Below, one piece after another: positions 25,461-37,914 of a stretch of 64,000 nt of DNA (position 1 is the first letter of the stretch; each line of letters opens with the position of its first letter). Source of the DNA: Ascidiella aspersa (Eukaryota). The notes below the pieces were generated by a model. It worked only from the letters and a program-made list of their open reading frames with translations, was not told the DNA's origin and searched no databases. The stretch is taken from assembly GCA_963924565.1 (NCBI GenBank), contig OZ004609.1, forward strand, positions 25,854,001 to 25,918,000, given 5' to 3'. The position numbers were made by a program, and so were the translations under genes.

Positions 25461-28400
25461 CGGCCTCCGCTTTCGAGAACTTTCCATATTTGTGCAAACA
25501 ACCGCTTCACGCCCTGCGACGATTTTACAGTTTTAATGTGAACCGAACTTAAACTTACCTGACGAAGATTATTTGATCACGCCCGACAAATGCTAAAGTG
25601 AGCACAGAACGCGTTATCCTCCTTGCACACTTAAACATAAAACCGAAACGCGGCGTTTTAAACCTTAACTGCCCGAACGGTAAAGCCTGCCTTTATAAGC
25701 GCGAAACAATCTAATTTTTGTGGCACTATTTTTTCCTGATTTAATGCAGTAACGTCGCGCGAATAGTGGTTAAAACTCCTGCTACGATGGCACAGTCTGG
25801 AAAGTCCCCCGTTCCCTTCAGTATTTCGTCGTTTCGCCCTACGCACCTCGCGTTCAGTCTTCTTCACGTCGCCTTGTGTGCGATCTCGAAAGTTTCTAAC
25901 CACGTGATGTGATTGTGATGCGTGTTATACCCCTCTCCATTTTTTTCGTCGCCCGCGTTTTAACCAAGATTATTACTCTTTCTTATTCTATCGTTGTTGA
26001 TGTTGTCGGTTTCGTGTCTGCTCGCTTCTAAATCCGGCGACAAATAATACCTGATGATATTATTATTATTATTGTTATTATGACTACCCCGATGTTATTG
26101 CTTTCTTTTCCACGATGATATTTGCCGTTGTTGTCGTCGTTGATGTTGTACCTGTTGTTATCTGCGTTGCTTCAACACCCCTTTTCGTGCTCGCCTTCTT
26201 TGTTTCCGTCTTCTACCGCCGCGTCCATGTTTTACCTGTTGCCGCGCGGATTCCCCAAGGTGATTCCACGGTCGGCGCACGACCCATTTGATTCTTTATG
26301 TGCGCTTGTATCGCGTCGGCAATGCTTCCCCGCAACGATTCTCTATTTTCATCTGCATGTCAATAACCGCTTCCCGATAATGTCGTGCGTTGTACCTAGT
26401 AGTTGTTACTGACTTTTCCTGTTTTTGCGTGCGAGATCGCTCACTTTTACCCAGGCGCTTTTTCCATTGCAATACTACCATCGTCGTTTTCATTGCATTG
26501 CTCGTTTTACCATTATATATCTATATTATGTATATTCACTATTTGGCCTAACACCCTGTTTCGGGTTAGCAGCCTGCCTGGCCCGCTATATCCTCCGATT
26601 TACCCTACTCGCTTTACTGAATCACTAAAATCACCGCATCGCATTTATTACCTGGTCAACATAGATTACTACCTTTACTCCCCGTCAACCACTTTTTGCA
26701 TTGCAATATTTCCAATACGACTTTCCTTCTGTCCGCAACAAGCAAATGCTCTGCCGCTTACCATGAAATAACACATCGGTTTGCAATAATAACGATCATT
26801 CGCCTTATATACCACACTTTTGCGTATTTTTTAAACTGCAAAATCAATAATGCCCTCCAAACCACCATTTGCGTTGTCTAGTATGAGTCAACAGCCAACA
26901 ATTTTCCATATGTATCATTAATTTCAAAAACAGCCGACTTACCTGCCGATATAGCGGTTGTTAGTTTGACTTATAGTTTTTTAACCGATAACGTTTACTT
27001 TTTAGGGTGGGTTTTGCTAATGCCGCGATCCTTTTGAATTGCGTGCAAAACACGTTTATCTTCGTTCCCCATTTTAACGCACCCGTAGCCGGTGTCGCTG
27101 CTCAGCTGCTAATCAACTGACACGCCTGAACTGCTAATTTGCGGACTTTTTTAATTGACAATCTACACGTTACTTTGCAATGCGCCAGAAAGCGAGGAAC
27201 GTTATCGTGGTATTGTTGCGAAGCGTCGAATATTCAAACGAATGGTTAGCACGTTCTGTAACTTGCTGCAACGGCGGGCTCTTATCCGGATGTCATTTTG
27301 CTAACTCGATGCCTTTTGATTTGCTTTCTTTACTATAACCTCGATGCGGAAAAAATGCTTGTGCTCTCAAGCACAGCCAATTGCAAATGTAAACAAAACT
27401 TGAAATACCTTTATAGACAATGATTTATCCTCGTTTGTATTTTTTTAGTTAAAAACTGCGATGAATTTATTTTGCTTGGCAAGGTGACGCCTAAAGATGC
27501 GAAATCCAAAACGCAATACATTTTTATGTCCACTCAAATCGTGTCTGAACGGCCTAAATCGACCAGGGTAACACGTTATGATTTCTCATTGTTTTGTTTC
27601 GATTTTATTTTTTCGTGCGCGGTCGCTTTTTACAGGCAGCACTAGTCGAGCTGCTGCTTACTCGTATTTCCGATTTCCAACCGTATTTTTCTTCATTAAA
27701 GATTTGGCACCTCTTGTCTTGATGACACATTCGCGGGCGTTTAACGTAAGAAACAAAAAGTACAAAAGCAATACTCGATTTAAATAACACGCCGTTTATT
27801 TTCCCCATCAGCAATAATTAACTTCCACAAAGGTATTAGGTTTTTTTTCTTCTTTTTGTTCCTCTTTGGATAGGCAGAATTCAAACCACCAACATCTGTC
27901 CATAGTGTCTCTTGTTTACCACATAAAATAACGCGGTTAGGAACTTTCGCTTTTTCTTCGTTGGTGAAACCCATTCGTTTTTTTCGTTTTGTCGTCAACA
28001 TAGACCTATTTCGACATTCCTCAAATCCATACCACGCGGCCGTTTAACCGCGTTTCTTTCAGAAGTGTTCCGGTACGACGTTGTAAATTCAACTCCTGCA
28101 AATTGCAACGATAAGAAAATATTCTCCCAATTACGATTTCCTGATATCTACGTCGAAGATTTGCACTTCAAAGGTTCTCATATACACAGTACGCGTGTTT
28201 GACCCGTTTATTTCGCAACGCACTAAGTATAATTTTCATTATTTGACGTCAATTTGCATATGCAGACATAATGTCGACTAAAGACAATTTTATAAAAGTA
28301 TTTTATGGATAACATTTTTGTGTGCGTAAAAAATGCGTGTACTGTGTGTACAGTCTCCTTAAATCTCGACACGTTAGTCGGGCAGCGTTTGGCTCTTATT

Positions 28401-29123
28401 GTGTGTAGTACTTTTTTTCTGTACAGCTTCCTCCTTAGCGCCACGCACACCGGTCGACAACAACCGAGACCGAATTTCTTAGCGTTATACTTGTTTTCGA
28501 GCGCACCTCGTTACTTACAATATAGGCGACTGTTGCATTGTGTGCGTTTGTCTGTTGCAATAGCACCTTAACAGGTTGAGAAGTTGAGAGACGCAGATAG
28601 CTAACTGTGGCCATTTTAAGAGTTTTTACAGAATTCACGGTGATTAATTAGTTTTACCTTTTGTTCGGTATGTAAACTTAGCACAGGCAATATGTTTTAA
28701 GTGAGCCACACTTGTAAATATTTAGATACAAACTCAGGCTAATGGTGTGATACCTTGTTTATATAATAGCTTCTCCATTTTTACGTCCGTCAAGGCAAAC
28801 AACCAAGTGTTAGAAGTATCTTAAAGAGTTGGCATACTTCGTAATCTGGAAATTGTACCTGTGCTAAATTTTTCATAACAGATCTGATAAAAATGTTGTT
28901 GTTAGGGGCATGAGTACAATTACAATTTAACCATCAGTCCTTGAAAGCTGGATCTTTGCTTTTACACAAGTGCTTCTTTCCATTTCGCAACAATACAATA
29001 CTTAGTGCACGCGCGCAGCATAACACAACACCAGCAACTGTACATTTATGGTACAATGCGAAACGAACGAACAACAATATACAAAAAAAAAACACGACCA
29101 TTTTCAGTTTCTATCCAAAGCAA

Positions 29124-32100
29124 CTATTTTGCCCCTAACTTGTAAAATGGTCTGCCCGAGATCCACGACTCGTCGTCGCGAAGCGGCCGCGGAGTCGACG
29201 GACTAGCTGACGTCATCGATACCCTGGATGACGTAGGCGACGTGAACGGCGTCAGCTGGCTGGACTTCAACAGAGAAGGCGGGCTTTGTTCCTTGTCTTC
29301 CTCGTTGCCCAACAAGCCCTGGTACTTGTCGAAAATATGCAAGCGCTCTAAAGCCTGGACAGCGTCTCGTTTTTTGCTCTTCTTCGTTTCCGCATCTTGC
29401 TTCTGCTCATCTTCATCTTTCTCCTCGGAGGATGACGAATGGGTCAGGTCCCCGTCGCTCTCGCTTACTTCGATCTCGACCACCTCGTACTCGTCCGGAT
29501 CGTACTCCTCGTCCTCATTCCACTCGATGACGTCATCGCTCTCGCTCGACGTGACGTCATTCGATTTCGCAGCGGAAGATGACCTCAACGATGACGGCGT
29601 CGCCACTTCCGGCGTCCGCGGGAGAGAACGCGTCGGCGTGTGATCTCCGTGCACCTGGGGTGACTTTGGTTGTTCAGTCGGTGGGATGACCAGCTTGGGT
29701 GCAACTCTCGCCCTGTTCGTGTTAACGTCTTTCGCTGGTGCCGGTTCCTCTCTTATGAGCTCCTGCTGCTTTTGGGCCCTTTGCTTTGTGGCGCTCTCCT
29801 GCTCCGCCTCGGATTCGGTGGCCGAGAAGTCGCTCGCTATCGTTTTGCCCTGAACACGATGAAGGTTGTGCACAATCCGAGATCAAAGGAGAGTTTACTG
29901 ACACTGTGTTAAAACTATTCACGTCGAAGTAATAATGATTTTTATCGCACTATTTGATCACTTATGCCGTTGGAGGCAACTTTGAAAACAATCCGTCGAC
30001 AAGAATCTAGAACCACAACATACCTAACTTACCTTTTTTAGGTTTAGCATCGGACTTTCGGTGCGAATTGAGTCCATGAGTTGCGTTCTGAGATCAACTG
30101 GCGGCTTGGCTCGTTTTGCAGTTTTGTGCGGTTTCGGTTGCGTCTGCTAAAAATATATTACACGTCATAGATATATAGCATTGCAATTGAGGGAAAACGT
30201 AAAAGGACATTTTTCAAACGAAAGGGCGTTCGTCTGCATTTTAAATCTTACCTTGCCCGTTTTGTTTTCTCTCTCGGGCTCACCAGTAGCTAAGTTTTGA
30301 AGTCTGTTTGAAAACCAGTTTTCCAGCATATTCAATTCGTTTGGATTCATCTGGCCCAGAATTTTCTGAAACAAAACATCTGTCAAATACGCAAGTAGAT
30401 AGAATGCAAGTTTTATAAAATTTCAAAAGTTTTTTTACTTTTTGTATGAAGCTATTCAATCTGTGGCTGTTCAGAAATGACACATCTTATTGTGTCATAT
30501 CAGTTGTATTTTTGCAGTTCTATTAATCACATTTCTAAGTCAAAGCACAAATGTTTATTCTGACGATCATGGTGTTAATGTGTGCACCTGCAGATCCTTG
30601 TCCTGCACTGATCCGGTTGCATCAAGTAACACGCATTTTTTCTTCATGTTCTCCAATCGCTGGGCTTTTTCTCTTCTGTACCATTCGCTGCTGGTCTGGC
30701 GACGAAGTGTTGGCCTAGTGGGCTAAATATACGCAAATGATTGATTAGTTCATCATGGGAGGCGGCTAAGCTATAACAAAAAAAAATAAACTAGGTGTAC
30801 ATTATAAAACAAAAAATTCTTATATTGGCCCAAAGGATGACTACGAAAATGACTGAGGCTTGACAAGTTAACCTTCATTCAGTGTTGCTCATTTAACCCA
30901 ATTTCGCCTAGTGAGTTAGATACAAAGTTCGTAAATAGTTATAATACCAATGCAAACTGAATATGTGAAAAAGAAGATATCTCCTCGCCCTAATGCACGT
31001 TAATGACGACAATGACTTCGAATGGTAGCAAAACAGTATAGACTTTCTTGTTTCAGTCAAAATCAGTCACTATAGGTTCTAGTTTATAAAAGAGAAATAT
31101 ATTTCGCCAATCACGGCATCATCAGTCTCTAACAAACGAATACAAAATAAAGTAAACACGTAAACCAGGTGGTAGAAATTAAAAGTCATGAATAGTAGAA
31201 ATTTAAAGTCATTTTTTATAACACCAATCAATGATTTTTTGGACTTTCGTTGCAAGGGTAAAGCGATGTCGTTCGCTACTTTTGCATTTTATAACCCCAA
31301 TTCAAACAAACCCCGGGATTTTCAACATACATTCATGCGTTGTTCAGCCAGTCTCTTCTTTCGCACTTGGTCCATGTTTCTGGTCAGAGAGTTAGATGCT
31401 GTCATGCGCAAGCCCGGGTTGGCAAACTGATAGCCGAACCGTAAGATCGTGCTGCGTCACAACAACAAGATTTTAAGCAATCATTACGCAATATTTGAAT
31501 GGAGAATTTCGAACATGCTGGAACAGTGTCTGACATAAATTTTAACAGTTTAATCACTATTTTTACATTATCAAAAATGTTGTCTGTTCGATAACAAAAT
31601 AACATCGTTATAAAAAAAAATTATTTAACTTTGACCTATTCTAATTTGGGCGAATTTTACATAAATTTCATGATATAAGTTTTTCGGGCTCAGCTTAATT
31701 CACTTTGCCCGGTGTTTCAATGGTAATCATAAAAAGTTGTTTAGTAGGCAAGTTAAGGAATACGCAACCGCTATGATTCGAGAGCCCAACATAGAAAATC
31801 ACTTTTCAATGTCGACAATCCCGAAACTGAACATCACGTCATTCGTTGCGGTGAAAGATTTCAAGCAGGCATTTACTCACTGGTTGTCGCGCAGTATCTT
31901 GCCAAACTCGTGCTCGACATTGGCACCGAAGATGTGTCGTTGGTTGTCGATTCTCACTTCGCGAAGGCTCGCGTTTTTTCGCAGAGCAGCGACGATTCGA
32001 AGCGCGCCCCCACCTGCGCAAGTAATTCCAATTAATCCGTGGCATTGCAGTGTAAGGCGGATAACTTGGTCTTTACTTTGGGTAACGAAATTTGAAATCT

Positions 32101-35100
32101 GTTCGAGTCATAGCCGTTACAAACCTTATAAGTTACAACGCTAGATGGTCTTGGGACAACAGGAAAACAGTTTCTCCTTTTTTAATTTATTTTTAGTTGA
32201 ACCAAATCTTTTAAAAACGAAGTATCTTCATACAAAGGCATGCTTGAGTTAAGGTTAAGTTGTTTTCCAACATTGGCAAATGACAAACACTTTTTGTCAA
32301 AAATATATCGAATGCAATAAATAGCCTAAAATTCAATTTGACTTGTTTTGTACCTGAAACAAGTTTTTCCTTTATAATGTGTTTTACATAGATGTTTTTA
32401 TTAATGAAACTATATTTTTAACGCTTTTCGACCTTCATTCGTTTTGCGTAACTATGAACATGACCAGGTTGCTTGCAATGATTTGTTCAAATATTTTCTG
32501 TTTTTTTCGAACACACCTGTTATGAAGTTGGACTCGACGTTCAGGTTTTCCAGCGTCTTGTTTTTCTTGATCATGGAGGCGAGCGCCCGGGCCGCCTTGT
32601 CTGTCAGCCCTGTGTTTGCCAACAGCAACGATTTCACCTGCGTGTTTTCCTCCATCGCGTCTGCCAGCTCCTCGAAGGCTTCCATCGGAACGTTTTGTAT
32701 GTTGTTCAGATTGACCTGATGCAAGACCAAGGTTGTCAAACTGACATCAATATATTTTCAAGTAACGACAAAATTCGCATTTTAATACAATAAAGTAAAT
32801 TTTAATAGGTTAAGCTCTAAGGAACTAAAGTAGTATTTAGCTGTGAATCACATGCCTTAATTCAAAATGATAGAAGCTTTTCAGCAAGATGTAATTCTTA
32901 AGGAGTTTTTATAAGAGATCTTGGTATATAATGCCACACATATGTAGCAGGAAAAACATTAAGGCTTTTTGTTAGTTTACATAATACTTAACGTCTTCAT
33001 AAGTTTTTTGACATACAAATTAACGAGAAGAACTTTCTGTAGAAAAAAACTTGTTCCACTTGCTATAAAAAATAAGCGCAATCTGCTTATTATTAGTTTT
33101 TTTGGGAAGGTGAGTAAAACCTGTAAACAAATGCATTTTAAACATTTGGTGTGTTGGTTGGCTACAAAAAGAACAACCAGTAATATAAAAGAGAAAAATG
33201 TAAAATTCCTGCTATTTGTGATTACATTTCGAAAAGGTTTTGCTGGCGTTTATTTAATTCGTTTGCATGAGTACAACATATGGCCGAATTGTGAAATAAT
33301 AAGCTCATTATCGGCTTGTGCGACATTAAATTAGGTGTTCTTATCGTTATTTGCAATATTTTCAATTGATCAAGTTGTAGTGCAATACATCAAGGTTTGC
33401 ACATGTACCAAAGTTCCAAACGGTTCGCTCAACACTGGGATTAATTATTTACGTTAGCGTTTTCCGCCAGCACTGCGATTCCAGTCCCGTTTGATCGCGC
33501 CAGGCCAGATCCCATGAGAGCGCGTGCGGCCGAAGATCATCGTTAGCGAGCAGCAGCTGAAGCTGTACGAGTCGCTGTAGGCGCCAGCAGACGCGACACG
33601 CTTTATGTCTATTGCTATTTGGACAGGGTGACTGGGTTACGATTCGCTGAAAGTCGGGCCTGTCGTCCGTTTGGGGTCCGGAAGATGCCAAGTGGTGCCG
33701 GCGCACTTGCGCTAGCTGTCAGCGTATCAGTAATATCGCCAGTTGCGCTGCGTGTCATGTGACTGCCAGAAGACTTTATATGGTTTGAACTTACAGCGTG
33801 TTTTCATAAATAAATAGACACGTTTTAAAAACAATTTGAGCCATCCGATACCTAACCTTTTAACTCATAACGTTCCCTCTTCGTTTTAGTTGAACTATAT
33901 AATGTTTGTTAAATAATAATGTGTTTATATGTCAAGCAGCGGGCCGTGCGTCACAACGTCCGTTTTGCGTCGTGACGCAAACACCCGGAGAGACGCAAAG
34001 GCGCGCGCTAACCTGCAGCGAGCAGCTGCCGCCGAAAATAACGGCAATGACGTCACAAAGCAAAGCGCGACCTGATGCGGTTACCTCCGTCAGACTGGGA
34101 TCGTTCTCCCAAATTCGCAGCAGGGTTTCCTCGACGCTGTTCGGGTTGATTGACAGCTCGCCGATGACGTCGTACGAGGACTCGGCGCTTGTGCTACCCG
34201 CCGTCGTCGATGACGTCATCGTCATGACGTCATCCACTGGGTCCTTTGGCGGCGAGCGCTTCAGTTGGCGGTGCAGGTGGTCGTTGGCCTCGGCCACGGC
34301 GCGGTCGACTCGCTGGTCCGAGTTGACGCTGCCCTCGGAGTCCGCGTCCGACTCGTCAACGCAACTCTGCGAGTTACTGAACTCGCTCTCGTCGTCGTTG
34401 TTGTTGGCCGCTGCTTGCTCCTCCTTTCGCTTGACGCCCTCCGTGATGTGCTTGAGGCTTACGCCGTGCAGAACATCTGGCAGTTTTGCTTCACGCGTTT
34501 CCACCTGGCAAGGCGATGTGGATATTTTTTTTAAACTTAAATTTTGATGAAATAAGCTATTGCTGCTAGGCATAATGTATAACCGAGTGTTGCTCATACA
34601 GCAGTATTATAAACAAATTTTTGATATTTCGTCAAGTGCCTTGGTGAAAACGGAAAGTTTGATTCGTGTTAAAATTCTGGTTTTGAATATACCGATAGAA
34701 TGGTGAGTTGGAATATTCGCGTTAACTAGGTATCTGCGTTTTTTAACGTTTACAAATATTTTATTTGCTTGTTTTTTAGATCAACTATTTAAAATTTGTT
34801 CCAACAAACAAAACGATTATCAAAAAAGGCATATCACTGGCAAAAACTTAACTAAACTTAATAATCGTAAACCTGGCTTTTTCTCATAAAAGAGGTTGGT
34901 TCATGGGCGGGTTCCCAGGGGTAAACAATGCTATAGTAAAAAAGTCCTAGACTATACCCAACAGATAATAAGTAATTCTTTCGCTGCAAAAGTTCTAAAA
35001 TTTATCATAAATCACAAAACGAAAAGTAGAATTAAATTTATGAAACTGTTACAAAATACTGCCTATAGTTTTGTGCAAGGTTTATTCATTCTACATTTAA

Positions 35101-37914
35101 CTACAATCTCTACAAAAACAAAAAATATATTTTCTCGATGCTTTTCCGATACAAGCCTGCATAACCTTAGCAACATGGGGCCTTAACTAATTCTACGATA
35201 GACATCATTTTGAAGCGCAATCAAGGCTCATAATAATATATGTTTGTCAGTACTGTTTCATCTTGTGCTTTGCTAGTAATTGCTACAGTGGGATATGACC
35301 TCATTAATGTACTTACCTTTTTTAAACGGGGCCGGAGTGACAACATTTCTTGTGTGATGAAGTTGGAGTTGACAGGCTGGGCGTCCTTCTTGGATTCCTT
35401 GGCGATCTTTTCCTTGTTGCGTCGCTTAAACAAGGCTGAACTGTTTTTCCTTGTGTATCGCCGACTTACTCCACTGCTGTTTGCCCTACACGTTCTCCGT
35501 CTGCGGATTGATACTTTTTTGTTAAGGGATTGGATAAAATTTAAGCGCATAAAGGTTACTGCGCGCATTTTAAGTTTGATGGATAAACTAAACCATAAAA
35601 GAGCATTACGAAAGACATAAAAAAACATAAATTTTTAGAAAATATACATACGAAAGAGTATGGCTAATAAAATTGGATAACCGGCAAAAGGTTTTCTGAA
35701 AATATAAACAAACAATTGGTAAGTTAACAGTTATAATTAACTATAACAGTCATATTTTTTTTAAATGTCACTAATTAATAAGATTCTACAAAGCACGAAA
35801 TTGAACGATAATAATGAGCACATATTAGAAACTACGCGCGCGCAATTATCCCGTGATAGACATGCTGCCTAGAATTTGTTTTTAACGAAAATTGTATCGA
35901 ATCGGAACTGACATTATCCCTAACCAACACTATAGTGGCATTGCAGTGATATGACGTTGGATTCAACCAGCAGATAAATGGGTTGCACAGCATCCAGTTC
36001 GAACTTACTTGGATCGTTGCTTGACGGCGTGCATGAGCTCATTCTTCATTTCGCCTCCATCCTCACTGCCCTGCTTCCTCAGTCGCTCCCGGGAGCTGGT
36101 CTTGCGCAGCGCCGGCACTTTGAAGACGTGATGCTGACTTTTGCCTGGTGAGAAGATTTGTTTTGGTTAGTCTACTTGCCATTTTAGTGCGCCCTGTCGA
36201 GAGAGATAATTCGCACACCCATACTGCCAGGGTGTTGACAAAAATTGCCTCCCTTGGCGGCACCAGCACCTTAAGAGTGCTCGGTTGTCGGACGACTGCT
36301 AGGCCTGCACCAATGCTGACTTACCGCCCTTTACCTAATATGCATTTTGCTATTCATTCGTTTCTCCTAGGTAAGACCACCGTTTGATAAAAAAGAAAAA
36401 ACAAAACTACAGAGTACTAGCAACTTCAATGTGGCAAAGCAGGAATGCTATAGAGGACATGTTCCAAATCAACTAAATTTTTTGATAACAGCTTTGTGAA
36501 ACATATTGTGAACTGTTATTTGATCTTGTCGCATTGTAATTTAACATTACCTTCATTTTAATCGATTGGCTGCTAACCACTAACAAAGTCGAAAAAATAC
36601 CCTAGGTTATCCATCTTACTCTTATCATATTGCTCAAGCACACACTCAACATATCTTAGTTTATTAGTTCAATAATGTCGTAGTGAAAGTTAGTTAAATT
36701 TATTACACAATCATGTTGCTGGAATGGATGACACAGTCTCGAGACGTACCTGTTTTCTTCTTTTGAATGTCGTGCGATGGGCGTCTTTGTTTTGCGAATT
36801 CTGGCACCTTAGGAGTCTGATCTGCCTGATGGGAAGATAAGCGCCTTGATCGATCTCTTGTCTAGCGAACAAAAATTATACAATTAGTCTCATTTGAAAA
36901 GGCATGTCAAACAGCTGATTTCGTCCCTTTAGACCGTTTTAAAACTTTTTGTGATTTTTTAACATTTGTGCTTTTTTAACAATTGTGTTAAACCCCTTTA
37001 AAACAATTGTTAAAAAAGAATAAAAGTCTTACTACCACCAAGCGCTGAGTTGAATTGTTAAACGTATAAACTTTAAAAACAAAATGTTACCCAAGCTAAT
37101 AACTGGCATCATCTTTATTATCCCTGTTCAAATCAAACCACCAATAATATGTTTAGAGTGAGGAAGTCTTTACATTTGTACCGCTTTAAATGGAGTGGTT
37201 AATCGTGGAAACTGTAAAAAAATGTAAAAAATAAACTAGACGGGGATTAGAATAAACCATCGTACCTCCTCAAGATGTTGCGACGGTGTCGTGTCTTGCT
37301 CTTCGCACTCATCATCAGATTCAGATTCTTCACTTTCCGAAGAGGAGGAGTAGTTGTAGCCGTTGGCCGCCTCGGGTTGACCTTCCGGTATCTTGTTTAA
37401 CACCTCCCTGTCGATTTCTCCCTGCATTGATTCAGTAGTAAAAACTTGCTTTAAATTTTATCTTTGACTTTATCAAGCTCTGTTCAATTGTTTTGTTATA
37501 CATAAATTAGATTTAGGCCGTTTTTATTATAGTTACATCAAACTGATTATGAAAAACGATTCAAGGACGCAGTTTACCGATTTTTTATATTATGTTTAAC
37601 AAATGCAGTTTTCTAACTAAATGTTTTCGCCTAATTGTATGCTAGGCAGCCTTAGGTATGGTACGATTGGTGTGGTATTGTCTGACATGTGAGACTACAG
37701 CTATCCAATGTATTTTCACTAATTATTTTTTTTAAACGCAATGAAATGCCACTTTAATTCTGCATTTATATTTTTACAATTGCCACGTGATATGTTCTCA
37801 TACCTCAAGCTGCTCAAGTTCTTCTGCGGTTAGATTGCACAAAATCTCATCTTCGTCAATTTCTCTGTATTTCTCCAGCATATGTCCATAACCATCGCCT
37901 CCGTTTGAAGACAT
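29124..37914 (-). CDS. TMOD: Tropomodulin/leiomodin-family actin pointed-end regulator, about 881 aa (Tmod N-terminus, LRR domain, WH2-like motifs, acidic tail)
   Basis: Phase-consistent exons (5' to 3'): 37914-37804, 37421-37266, 36861-36750, 36144-36009, 35485-35317, 34504-34085, 32715-32517, 32013-31881, 31451-31331, 30722-30588, 30365-30252, 30146-30033 (NAGNAG acceptor), 29849-29124; total 2646 nt. N-terminus LEKYREIDEDEILCNLTAEELEQLE; LRR domain [31 protein letters not shown]...LENLNVESNFITG...VRIDNQ...ILRFGYQFANPGLRMTASNSLTRNMDQVRKKRL; C-terminal WH2-like DLRTQLMDSIRTESPMLNLKK. Confidence 0.9.
30949..31210 (-). mobile_element. Penelope pLTR-like remnant (T-rich segment, hammerhead, 140-nt downstream segment); partial copy at 17849-17978
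   Basis: 30949-31084 (aatgcaaactgaa...tctcctcgccct...aatcagtca...gttctagtt) aligns by eye with 17849-17978 and lies next to the hammerhead at 31093-31130. Confidence 0.5.
31093..31130 (-). ncRNA. Minimal type I hammerhead ribozyme in intron 9 of the Tmod/Lmod-like gene (sense orientation)
   Basis: Minus strand reads agaga-CUGAUGA-U-GCC-gugauu-GGC-GAAA-U-AUA-uuucu: intact core, 3-bp GC stem II, 5-bp stem I with one G-U pair, palindromic AUAU mini stem III. Confidence 0.65.

Noticed and set aside
33471-33580. Plus-strand coding-looking stretch with an in-frame TGA (possible selenocysteine exon)
   Set aside because: No partner exons, no recognisable SECIS element and no selenoprotein motif.
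36063-36269. ORF-track peptide MLVPP...EEAGQ as a Tmod exon
   Set aside because: It ends in a stop; the phase-compatible exon is 36144-36009 in another frame.
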